The translations under genes and the position numbers were made by a program. This document shows positions 50,681-59,233 of a stretch of DNA of 64,000 bases, in pieces. How positions within the stretch are numbered: the first letter of the stretch is position 1; each line of letters begins with the position of its first letter. The notes beneath the pieces were generated by a model. It was not told the DNA's origin, made no database searches, and worked only from the letters and a program-made list of their open reading frames with translations. This stretch comes from a virus, in the IMG/VR virus record IMGVR_UViG_3300036761_001135, positions 1 to 64,000 of that record; one strand, given 5' to 3'.

Positions 50681-51427
50681 ATGAGCAAAGCGGTCCCATA
50701 CTCAAAACTCAAGAAGATGCGCTGCCATAGAGAAGTCTATGAAAGACTGTGCGCTGGTTATCCCTTCCCAGAGGTGGCTAGGTTTATTCAAGAGGACGAA
50801 GGCGAGTACCTAGACGTAGGTCGCCGATCCCTCATTGAAATATTGCGCGACTATTCCGAACGCGAAATCGTCGGTGTAGATCTGATCGCACCACGCTTGC
50901 CGCATTTGATCGTGAAGGCACAAAAGGAATTCAGTGACCGATTGGAGGATCTCCGTCGCCTGGAGCGAGCCTACGAGGCGTTGTTGTACAGATTCGATAT
51001 GTCCCATGGTGCGGAGCGGCGCAACGGCAGGGTGAACGCGGACGTAGACCGGCAGGCCAAGGTCTTGATGGACTATGTGTCCAAGATGCACGACATCAAG
51101 ATGGATTTGGGGCTCACGGGGTCGCGTGATCTTGGCACGTTGACGGTGAGTGCAGAGCGTCTGGCAGAGATTCGGGACAAGTACGGCGAGGGTGCGGCGC
51201 GTGCCTTTGGAGATCCGGTCTCACGAGCCAAAGTTCTTGGTCTGTTGAAGCGTGTGATGCGCATTTCGGAAGACTCTGGCATCGACGATGCGGACGTTGA
51301 AGAGGCGAACCTGGGTTCGCGTGACGATCCCGAACTTTATGAGGACGCCATAGAGGCCGAATATTGTGAGGCGACTACCCCAAAATCGACTAGCGAGAGT
51401 GCCGAACAAGATTCGGAAGACAGATGA
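50681..51427 (+). CDS. Putative terminase small subunit
   Basis: Overlaps the large subunit start (ATGA), helical, GAGGGG RBS; assigned by position. Confidence 0.5.
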   Translation: MSKAVPYSKLKKMRCHREVYERLCAGYPFPEVARFIQEDEGEYLDVGRRSLIEILRDYSEREIVGVDLIAPRLPHLIVKAQKEFSDRLEDLRRLERAYEALLYRFDMSHGAERRNGRVNADVDRQAKVLMDYVSKMHDIKMDLGLTGSRDLGTLTVSAERLAEIRDKYGEGAARAFGDPVSRAKVLGLLKRVMRISEDSGIDDADVEEANLGSRDDPELYEDAIEAEYCEATTPKSTSESAEQDSEDR

Positions 51428-54400
51428 TCGTAACAGGCAACAATGGTCGTCGCAGAAGCATTAGGACGACCAGCGAGGACGTGTTGTCGTTCGAGGATGG
51501 GTACGCCCTATGCACACCAGAGGAGCGCGCCTTAGTCCATGCTTTGTTGAGCGATGACCACCCAAACGATGCGGCGAAGCTCAGTTTGGAGTTGAACGAT
51601 TCGCTCTATCAGCGGCCATTGGTGCCGATCCAGCAGTTCATCGAAGATCCTTATTACCTTGGGGACTCCATGATGACTCTGTATCCGGCGTTAAAGCAGG
51701 ATATTATTGACCTTTTTGCGGCTCCATACAGGGAAGTCGTGCTCACGGGCTCCATCGGCGCGGGCAAGAATTTTTTGGCATCTGCGGCGATTTGCCGAAT
51801 TTTGTACGAGCTGTCCTGCCTGAAGAACCCACAGATGACGTTTGGGATGTCTCCTGGTACAGAGATGGTGATCATGCTGATCTCGAAGAACCTCGTCTTA
51901 GCCCGCGAGGTGATGAAGACCAGCATCGACGACAAGGTGAAGCTCAGCCCGTACTTTATGCAGCACTTCACCCCCAAGTTCTCGACCGACTACACGCTGT
52001 TTCCCAACAACATCCGCATGACCATCGGAAGCTATGGGGCAGAGCGTGCCTTGGGAGCGAATATTTTTAGCTGCATGCTGGACGAATGTCTCAGTGGTTC
52101 AGCATGGTTGCAAATAAAAATAAATATTGATTTTTGCGCTGGTTTGTGCGATACAATCGGCATGTCCGTTGGTGATTTGTGGGCAATGGGGCCTTCGGAT
52201 CGTGACGGGTTGCTGGTTGAAGCGCTGGACCATGTGACGGGTCGGCAGACGTGGACGCCGTTTCGGATGCGGCTATCCACGGTGCAACCGTTGGTACGGA
52301 TTGAAGCCGAGGCGAACCCAGGTTCGTGTCGAGCCATCGAGCCTTCCCTTGAACATCCTGTATTGGTGCGGCGCGGCGACTGGCTAGTTTATGTCCCGGC
52401 GATTGAGATCAGCGTCGGGGATGAAGTGGCTTGGAGGCGCGACGATGGCGAAAAAGGGCGAGACACTGAGCGAGGAGATGAAGGCACGTCTATCGGAGGC
52501 GGCGAGCCAGCGGACTGGCGAACTCAATCCATTCTGGGGGAAGACGCACAGCGAGGAGATTCGAGCTTTGTTTGCGGAGAACGCGCGGAAGCAGTGGACG
52601 GGGACGCACCAAAGCGAGGAGACAAAGGCGAAGAGATCGGCATCTTTGAAGGGGCGCGTCATGTCTGCGGAGACGCGGGCAAAGATGGCAGCTTCGGCAA
52701 AGGCACGTTGTACGCCGGAGTGGCGTGCGAAGAAGTCGGCAGAGATGCAGGAACGTGTTGCAGCAGGGCTGGGACCGACGCCACCAATTCAACCTGCCGG
52801 GCCAGATCATCCGTTGAGTGGGAAGCCGAAGACGGAACAGCATCGACAGGCGTTGAGCGCGGCGAGGCTAGGGTTGCCGGGCCATGCGCACACCGAGGAG
52901 TCGCGGGACAAGATTTCGGCGGGGAACGTGCAGGCGATCAAAGATCGGGTGCGGTCATACCGCTACCATGTGTCATCGCCGGATGGCGGGGTGGTTCCAT
53001 GCCGGACGGAGAACGAAGGTCGTTTGGCGCTCCACCTATGTGCGGAGAAGAATGTAACAGCGGTCGTTGGCGAAGATCATATGACGTGGGTGCCATACAG
53101 CATAAACGGACAAAATCGGTTGACAGTGGGAGACTTTCTTGTGACGAGGGACGACGGGGTGCAGGTTTTGGTGGAAGGAAAAGACCCAACGTCCATGTAC
53201 AACCAGCGTACAATGGCGCGCATAGAGGCGCTGTGGAAGTGGAGTCAGGAGAACAGGGTTCTGTTTATTCTTGCGATCAATGGGAAGCCATTCCCAAGCG
53301 TATGGACAGGCCCATTTGTGGACAAATTTCTCATGGACCATCTGTTTTATCAACGACAACGTGTAATCAGGAGGAGGGTCAACTCTGTTGTAATTTCTCC
53401 TTGCGGAACGATTGTGCCGTGCAAAACGGAGATGGAACGGGCGCTGGCGAGATGTTTGTGTATGGAACCTGGAGTTGCCAGTGTGGTTGGAACGGATCGG
53501 ACAGGGTCGATTCCGTACACCACGAGCGGACGAGTGCATCATGTGGAGCCAGGTTTCATGGTGACGCGGTCGGACGGGGTCATTGTCGTTGTGGAGGTGG
53601 AGACGGCATCTGGTCTGTATCGAGAGAAAGACAGGGCGCGGTTGGAGGCATTGTGGGCGTGGTGCCAGGAGCACAAGACGCCGTTTGTGTTGGCTATCAA
53701 CGAAAAGGGGTTCCCGAGCGTATGGACGGGGCCGTTTGTGACGGAAGAGTTCATGGAGAGCGTGCGGCAACGTCGCGTGCGCTTTCGCACCATGCAGACG
53801 GTCGATACCTTGGAGGTTGCCGTGCCGAGTGTTTGCGAGTTGACGACCTGCCTACAGAGTACCGACTCGTTCGCGTGATCTCGACGCGCCTGTTGCCGGC
53901 CGAGCAGACCTACAGCATCGAGACGGACTGCAAGACGTTTGTGGCTGACGGATGCGTGGTCCACAACACCAACTTCCCGCCCAAGAGAAGTGCTCAGCAG
54001 ATTAACCAGACGTTTGGCAAGAAGCTGACGGCGGCCAACTTTGACATCGTGGAGAAGGTGTACCGATCCATGCTGCGGCGCATCAAGTCGCGCTTCCAGA
54101 TCGCTGGCGGCGACTTTCCGGGCATGGTCATCATGGTGTCTTCGGCGGCGACCTTGGACAGCTTCACAGAGCGCAAGTTGAGGGACGCGCGTCGAGACCC
54201 AACTGTGTTCGTTCGAGATCACACGGCGTGGACATCGAAGCCCAGGGATCATTTTTGTGGTAAATGGTTCTACGTGCTGTGTTCAAAATCCAGCCTTCGG
54301 TCTCGTATTCTCGAAGAGGGCGAGTACAACGAGATCACGCAGGAGTTTTTGCAGGAAAACAATGCGTGGATGATCGAAGTGCCGATTGAGTATAGGGAGG

Positions 54401-56649
54401 ACTTCGAGTCCAACCTTGAGGACTCCTTGCGAGACATCGCGGGCGTGTCCACGCAGGCCATCTCGGCTTTCTTCCAGAGGGTGGATGCCATCGACGCCTG
54501 CATAGTGGATCGTCCGCATCCATTCTCCAGCGAGGTCTGGGTGGCTGGGTCGCCGGCGACGTTCACTTGGGATACGCTATGTCGGAAGATCGAGCGGAGA
54601 CTGCCGGGTGGATTTGTAGAAGCCGCATGGGCACCGAAGGAATCTCCAAGCCATCCTCGTTGGATTCATATTGATACTTCCATCAGTGGGGACTGCGTGA
54701 CGGCGGATACGCTGGTGGCAACCCCGGCTGGGAACGTTCGCATTGATTCCATCGTTGCGGGAACTCCTGTGTATAGTCTGGGTGCAGACGGAAAGTTCAC
54801 GGTTGCCACTGCGACGAATCCTGGTCTGAAACGGCGGGAGTCGCCGTTGGTACGTGTCGTGACAGATGGGGGATCGATTCGGTGTACGCCCGATCACAAG
54901 TTCATGTTGCGTGATGGAACATATTGCGAGGCCAGGCTTTTGCGGGATGGAGATTCGTTGATGCCACTGTACAGGCGTTGTTCAGCTAAGCATCCTGGAC
55001 GTCGCGGGGGTGGAGGGTACGAGGAAATTTATCAGCCTGCGTCAGAGCGGTATGCGGCAGCTCATCGTGCGGTGGCGGAATATAAGATAGGTAGATTGCT
55101 AACTGAAGACGAGTGCGTTCACCATGTGGGAACCGAGAATCCAGACAATAAGTTAGACAACCGGCCAGAGAATCTGGAGGTGATGGCGAAGCGGGACCAC
55201 TGGCGTTTACACCAGACGCTGATTGTCGCCTACAACAAAAGTGAGCGGCATCGTGCCTGGGCTCGGGAGTGGGGGCTATGGTCTTGCACGCATCCGACGC
55301 CTGCCATGGTGGAGGCGCGTCGTCGGAATGGGAGTGCGCGGTGCCGATTGATCAATGCTGGGGAATCGAACCCATCCAAGCTGGAGAAAAATAGGAAGCG
55401 ATTTGGGGACATGGTGCGGGAGCGGCATGCCAATGGTTTGTGTACGGAGAACTACAAGAATTTTAAAAGACCTGAAGTACGTGAGAAAACTCGTGCGGCG
55501 GTGTCGATTTCCAGTCGAAATCGCCAATGGAGCGATGAGAGCCGACGCAAGTTATCCATTCGCCGACAGGAATACTTGGCCAGGGTTGCCTCGGGGGAAA
55601 TCGAACAGAAGCCGGTTAGCGCGGAGACACGGGCTAAGATGTCTGCGTCGCGTCGTGGCAAGACATGGACAGATCAGGCTAGAACGAATCATATGGCTTC
55701 CTTGAAGCAACAGGAGTGGACAGAAGAGAGCCGGGCTAAGATAGCAGACGCCAATAGAAACCGCGTGTGGAGTGAGGAGAGCCGTCAGAAATGTGCAGAG
55801 GCACAACGGAGACGGCATGAGAAGAAGCAGTCACAGCGGGAGATTAAGAATCACAAGGTTTTGCGGGTGGAGGATGCGGGCCATGAGGATGTGTATTGCC
55901 TGACGGTGGACGGTGAGCACAACTTCGTGGTGGTGTTTGGCGAGGATCGATTTTCGTCTGGGGTTGTGATCCACAACAGCACAGGATTCGTGATGGGGCG
56001 GATAGAAAGATGGGTAGAGGTAGTGCGCCGTGACGGGGACGGCCATGCCTATACGGACACCGCGCCTTATTACGTCATCGAGGTGCTTCTGTGCATTCGG
56101 CCTCCGACCGGCGATCAAATCTACATGCCGGATTTGAGAAGGCTGGTTTACGAATTGCAGGCGCATGGTTTTCCTATCCATGGGTTTTCGTCAGATTCAT
56201 TCCAAGCCGTGGAAATGCACCAACAGATTCGGCGGCACGGAATCCATACCGAGCTGATTTCGATGGACCGCATCATAGATCCCTATGAGGAGTTGAAGTC
56301 GGCAATTTATGAAAAAAGGATTGAGTATTACGGGTATACTCCATTGCTTCAAGAACTAAGATCGCTTGAGTATGATCGTGTAAAAGGAAAAATAGACCAT
56401 CCTCGTCATGCCAGTAAGGACGTTGCCGATGCATTGGCTGGCGTGGTCTGGGGCCTTCGCCAACAGGCCGCTCGCTTGCCGTGGGCTGCGGATGCTGATA
56501 CACCAATAAGAGCGGTCGGTCATGAGCATGGCTGGGTGAGCGACATGATCCCAGCGGAGGACGTGGATCTCGAAGATGTGAGGTTAACTCGCAGGACGGG
56601 TGCCGCCGCATTAGATATCATGCTCCCATTTTTCATAGGAGATGACTGA
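51424..56649 (+). CDS. Terminase large subunit with two inteins (mature about 686 aa)
   Basis: Walker A GSIGAGKN; Walker B CMLDE-TNF and nuclease motif HIDTSISGD-STG restored by splicing; KDVADALAG; upstream of portal. Confidence 0.92.
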   Translation: MIVTGNNGRRRSIRTTSEDVLSFEDGYALCTPEERALVHALLSDDHPNDAAKLSLELNDSLYQRPLVPIQQFIEDPYYLGDSMMTLYPALKQDIIDLFAAPYREVVLTGSIGAGKNFLASAAICRILYELSCLKNPQMTFGMSPGTEMVIMLISKNLVLAREVMKTSIDDKVKLSPYFMQHFTPKFSTDYTLFPNNIRMTIGSYGAERALGANIFSCMLDECLSGSAWLQIKINIDFCAGLCDTIGMSVGDLWAMGPSDRDGLLVEALDHVTGRQTWTPFRMRLSTVQPLVRIEAEANPGSCRAIEPSLEHPVLVRRGDWLVYVPAIEISVGDEVAWRRDDGEKGRDTERGDEGTSIGGGEPADWRTQSILGEDAQRGDSSFVCGERAEAVDGDAPKRGDKGEEIGIFEGARHVCGDAGKDGSFGKGTLYAGVACEEVGRDAGTCCSRAGTDATNSTCRARSSVEWEAEDGTASTGVERGEARVAGPCAHRGVAGQDFGGERAGDQRSGAVIPLPCVIAGWRGGSMPDGERRSFGAPPMCGEECNSGRWRRSYDVGAIQHKRTKSVDSGRLSCDEGRRGAGFGGRKRPNVHVQPAYNGAHRGAVEVESGEQGSVYSCDQWEAIPKRMDRPICGQISHGPSVLSTTTCNQEEGQLCCNFSLRNDCAVQNGDGTGAGEMFVYGTWSCQCGWNGSDRVDSVHHERTSASCGARFHGDAVGRGHCRCGGGDGIWSVSRERQGAVGGIVGVVPGAQDAVCVGYQRKGVPERMDGAVCDGRVHGERAATSRALSHHADGRYLGGCRAECLRVDDLPTEYRLVRVISTRLLPAEQTYSIETDCKTFVADGCVVHNTNFPPKRSAQQINQTFGKKLTAANFDIVEKVYRSMLRRIKSRFQIAGGDFPGMVIMVSSAATLDSFTERKLRDARRDPTVFVRDHTAWTSKPRDHFCGKWFYVLCSKSSLRSRILEEGEYNEITQEFLQENNAWMIEVPIEYREDFESNLEDSLRDIAGVSTQAISAFFQRVDAIDACIVDRPHPFSSEVWVAGSPATFTWDTLCRKIERRLPGGFVEAAWAPKESPSHPRWIHIDTSISGDCVTADTLVATPAGNVRIDSIVAGTPVYSLGADGKFTVATATNPGLKRRESPLVRVVTDGGSIRCTPDHKFMLRDGTYCEARLLRDGDSLMPLYRRCSAKHPGRRGGGGYEEIYQPASERYAAAHRAVAEYKIGRLLTEDECVHHVGTENPDNKLDNRPENLEVMAKRDHWRLHQTLIVAYNKSERHRAWAREWGLWSCTHPTPAMVEARRRNGSARCRLINAGESNPSKLEKNRKRFGDMVRERHANGLCTENYKNFKRPEVREKTRAAVSISSRNRQWSDESRRKLSIRRQEYLARVASGEIEQKPVSAETRAKMSASRRGKTWTDQARTNHMASLKQQEWTEESRAKIADANRNRVWSEESRQKCAEAQRRRHEKKQSQREIKNHKVLRVEDAGHEDVYCLTVDGEHNFVVVFGEDRFSSGVVIHNSTGFVMGRIERWVEVVRRDGDGHAYTDTAPYYVIEVLLCIRPPTGDQIYMPDLRRLVYELQAHGFPIHGFSSDSFQAVEMHQQIRRHGIHTELISMDRIIDPYEELKSAIYEKRIEYYGYTPLLQELRSLEYDRVKGKIDHPRHASKDVADALAGVVWGLRQQAARLPWAADADTPIRAVGHEHGWVSDMIPAEDVDLEDVRLTRRTGAAALDIMLPFFIGDD
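52087..53967 (+). mobile_element. Terminase intein 1 (627 aa) carrying an out-of-frame nested gene
   Basis: Starts CLSGS right after Walker B DE; SLEHPVLV block B; ends TFVADGCVVHN followed by Thr. Confidence 0.88.
52445..53878 (+). CDS. Nested (+1 frame) homing-endonuclease-like protein: NUMOD3 repeats plus two TnsA-like PD-(D/E)XK domains
   Basis: GGAGG RBS at 52433-52437; NPFWGKTHSEE, HQSEETKAK, HTEESRDKIS; GDFLV...LVEGK; duplicated FPSVWTGPFV. Confidence 0.85.
   Translation: MAKKGETLSEEMKARLSEAASQRTGELNPFWGKTHSEEIRALFAENARKQWTGTHQSEETKAKRSASLKGRVMSAETRAKMAASAKARCTPEWRAKKSAEMQERVAAGLGPTPPIQPAGPDHPLSGKPKTEQHRQALSAARLGLPGHAHTEESRDKISAGNVQAIKDRVRSYRYHVSSPDGGVVPCRTENEGRLALHLCAEKNVTAVVGEDHMTWVPYSINGQNRLTVGDFLVTRDDGVQVLVEGKDPTSMYNQRTMARIEALWKWSQENRVLFILAINGKPFPSVWTGPFVDKFLMDHLFYQRQRVIRRRVNSVVISPCGTIVPCKTEMERALARCLCMEPGVASVVGTDRTGSIPYTTSGRVHHVEPGFMVTRSDGVIVVVEVETASGLYREKDRARLEALWAWCQEHKTPFVLAINEKGFPSVWTGPFVTEEFMESVRQRRVRFRTMQTVDTLEVAVPSVCELTTCLQSTDSFA
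54694..55977 (+). mobile_element. Terminase intein 2 (428 aa) with HNH endonuclease and NUMOD3 repeats
   Basis: CVTADT, CTPDHKF, HH...NKLDNRPENL, SAETRAKMS, ends VIHN followed by Ser. Confidence 0.92.
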
Positions 56650-58369
56650 AATGGGCTGGACGGACACTGTCAAAAAGTTCTTCAGCCGTGACACGACTGG
56701 GAAGGTGTCCGAGCTGGCGAGGGGATCGTCTGGCGAGAACATCATGCCGCAGATGGGGCCAGGCGCTCCAAACTCTGGCATGGGCGGGGCGTACCAGCAG
56801 CTTTCCACCATGCTCTCTGTCGATGCCGATCTCATGCTTCGGTATTCCGACTATGAAAACATGGACGATTACCCGGAAATCAGCGCGGCGTTGGACATCT
56901 ATGCCGACGACGCGACGATCACGGATGCCGTGCATGGGCGGGTGATTTGGGCCACATCGAAAGACAAGATCGTCCGGGACATCATTAACGACCTGCTCCA
57001 TCGGCGCATTCGAATCGAAGAGGACATTTGGGTTGCGATTCGGACGATGGGAAAATACGGAAACATTTTCTGTGAAGTGATCGTGAACGAGAAGGGGGTG
57101 TTGGGCCTAAATTGGCTGCCACCTCCTACCATGCGTCGCATTATCGACGGTCGCGGAAACTTGGTTGGGTTTGTCCAGGATCCTTCGGGGATGTTTGCGT
57201 TCAACATTGCGACGCGTGATGACCTAGAAAAATTGCGTGTGAAACGCGATGGATCTAGCGCGGTCTTTTTCTATCCTTGGGAGGTTGTGCATTGGAGGCT
57301 TCGAGGGAAGCAGATGCGCGCCCTGTATGGCCACTCACTATTGGACTCGGCGAGGTGGATTTGGAAGCGCTTGATCATGCTGGAGGACTCCAGTCTGGTC
57401 TGCAAGCTCACCAAGTCGCCGTCGAGGTTTGCCTTCTACGTTGACACCGGGGAGATGCCGCCGCGAGAGGCGCGGGCCATGGTCGATGAGGTACGGCGTC
57501 GCTATAAGAAGAAGCGGATCGTCGATCCGTCCACAGGAAAACTAGACTTTAGAATAAATCCCATAGCACAGGACGAAGACATCTTTATCCCGACGCGGGC
57601 TGGAAAAGAGGCTTCTCGCGTTGAGGTGCTTTCCGGGCCTGACTACGACGACACCAATGTGCTTGGGTATTTTTTGAAGAAGTTGTACGCGGCGATCCGT
57701 ATTCCACCGCAGTATCTCGGCGGGACAGAGACGACAAATCGTGCTGCTCTTACTCAGGAAGACGTGCAATTCGCGCGCTTGGAATTGCGCATACAGCACG
57801 AGTTTGTGAGCGGTTTATCGCAGGTGGTGCGCGTGCATCTAGCGGCGCTCAACATCGACCCTGATTCTGTGCAGTGGGATCTGCGTATGCCGGCACCGAG
57901 CAGCATTTTCGAGATGCAGCAGATCGAGGTGTGGAACGCGCGAGCTGCATTGGCTGCGGCATTGCGAGACTTCTTCACGATGCCGTGGATTGTTGCGAAC
58001 ATCTTCCACATGTCCGAGGAAGACGCGCTGTTTGCGACCGAGGCCAAGAAGAATGAGGACGAGGCGACTGCAATGGCTCAGGCGCAGGTACAGGCTGAAA
58101 TCATGCAGAAGTTCCCAGAGCTAGGCCCGATGGGTGCCATGGGTGCCATGGGAGTGCCGCCCGAGGGAGAGCAGGGGCAGGCTGGGGCGTATGAGGACGT
58201 GCGGAAGGAGATCCGGCGTGTGTTGGCCGAGAACAGCGGAAGCAACAACGAGGTTTTGCGGCTTTTGAATCGTATTGAGCCTGCTTTGAATCGGGTTGAG
58301 CGGAAAGTGCTCAGCTCAAATCGAGCGGAGAATGCGCGGGGCCAAAACCGGGTCATGATTGCGAGGTGA
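56642..58369 (+). CDS. Portal protein (T4 gp20-like)
   Basis: PEISAALDIYADD, LIMLEDS, FYVDTGEMP, EDIFIPTR...VEVLSG, YFLKKLYAAIRIP. Confidence 0.9.
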   Translation: MTEMGWTDTVKKFFSRDTTGKVSELARGSSGENIMPQMGPGAPNSGMGGAYQQLSTMLSVDADLMLRYSDYENMDDYPEISAALDIYADDATITDAVHGRVIWATSKDKIVRDIINDLLHRRIRIEEDIWVAIRTMGKYGNIFCEVIVNEKGVLGLNWLPPPTMRRIIDGRGNLVGFVQDPSGMFAFNIATRDDLEKLRVKRDGSSAVFFYPWEVVHWRLRGKQMRALYGHSLLDSARWIWKRLIMLEDSSLVCKLTKSPSRFAFYVDTGEMPPREARAMVDEVRRRYKKKRIVDPSTGKLDFRINPIAQDEDIFIPTRAGKEASRVEVLSGPDYDDTNVLGYFLKKLYAAIRIPPQYLGGTETTNRAALTQEDVQFARLELRIQHEFVSGLSQVVRVHLAALNIDPDSVQWDLRMPAPSSIFEMQQIEVWNARAALAAALRDFFTMPWIVANIFHMSEEDALFATEAKKNEDEATAMAQAQVQAEIMQKFPELGPMGAMGAMGVPPEGEQGQAGAYEDVRKEIRRVLAENSGSNNEVLRLLNRIEPALNRVERKVLSSNRAENARGQNRVMIAR

Positions 58370-58372
58370 TTC

Positions 58373-59233
58373 ATGTATGCGAGGTCACAAGATTTACAGA
58401 AATGGTTGGTAGGAAGCTCCGAAGAGCTTCTCGACCGCGTGACTGAGGCGGTGGCGCATGCGGTTGGTTTTGATGTGGAGTTGATTGCCACGAAGAGCGA
58501 TTGCGCTCTGTTTAGAGATCAGTCTGGAAGGCTTTCCGAGGCGGTGTTCACTATGCGTGATGGTGTAGTGGAGGACGTTGAGATCCGGCGCGATCCTGTT
58601 CCTGTGTACGAGGAGGCGCAACTTCCCCGGCTGGTCTCGGACGAGTTGCGGGATATCACAGCGGGTCTGTTGCATGGGAAGCCGGTGACGCGAACCCAGG
58701 TTCGTGCCTTGGCTGGGATCTTACATGCCGACGAGGACTACTGGCTAGGCGACGTGCTTGCGCGCATGGACCAGGCCATATTGGCGGAGGATGCCGATCA
58801 CTGGCATACTGCCTACCAGGCGAACCATGAGAAGATCCGCACGGCGATGTGGGGGTCTATCCGGGAGCTGGAGGCGCGTATTCCGAAGACGGCGTATGCC
58901 AAATTGCCTGCTGGTCGGCTATCGGAGTTTTCTGGAGAGCTAGATGAGTCGCTTGGGATCGTTTCAAACCGCCTAATGGAGATTGTTGACGGAATCTCTA
59001 GCTTGGTGTTTGATAATGATAATGGGTTCTATGGTGCCATCCGCGAGTCGTTGATTGCTGAAGCGCAGCTCATCCATGGGCTGCTCGCCAAGGCCGTAAA
59101 GTTGATGCGCGCGGAAGATCTTGAGCGTATGGCGGTGGCCCATGATCGACTGTGCGGGCGAGCGAAAACCATGGAAGTAGTGGCTGCCTACTTGATGGGG
59201 CGGTCCAAGAAAGGCGCGGAGGAGACGAAATGA
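58373..59233 (+). CDS. Hypothetical head-module protein
   Basis: Between portal and protease genes, with RBS. Confidence 0.7.
   Translation: MYARSQDLQKWLVGSSEELLDRVTEAVAHAVGFDVELIATKSDCALFRDQSGRLSEAVFTMRDGVVEDVEIRRDPVPVYEEAQLPRLVSDELRDITAGLLHGKPVTRTQVRALAGILHADEDYWLGDVLARMDQAILAEDADHWHTAYQANHEKIRTAMWGSIRELEARIPKTAYAKLPAGRLSEFSGELDESLGIVSNRLMEIVDGISSLVFDNDNGFYGAIRESLIAEAQLIHGLLAKAVKLMRAEDLERMAVAHDRLCGRAKTMEVVAAYLMGRSKKGAEETK

Larger units (their letters stand above)
1500..58705. repeat. Dispersed 16-bp palindrome GCGAACC(CA/TG)GGTTCG(C/T), 11 copies starting at 1500, 5684, 10757, 18785, 22310, 33535, 41013, 47999, 51305, 52312, 58690
   Basis: Copies read directly from the sequence in both orientations. 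Confidence 0.92.

Noticed and set aside
52087-53967. Split intein (fractured gene) interpretation
   Set aside because: No stop codon in the terminase frame and no evident restart for the C-terminal half; the intein is contiguous as assembled
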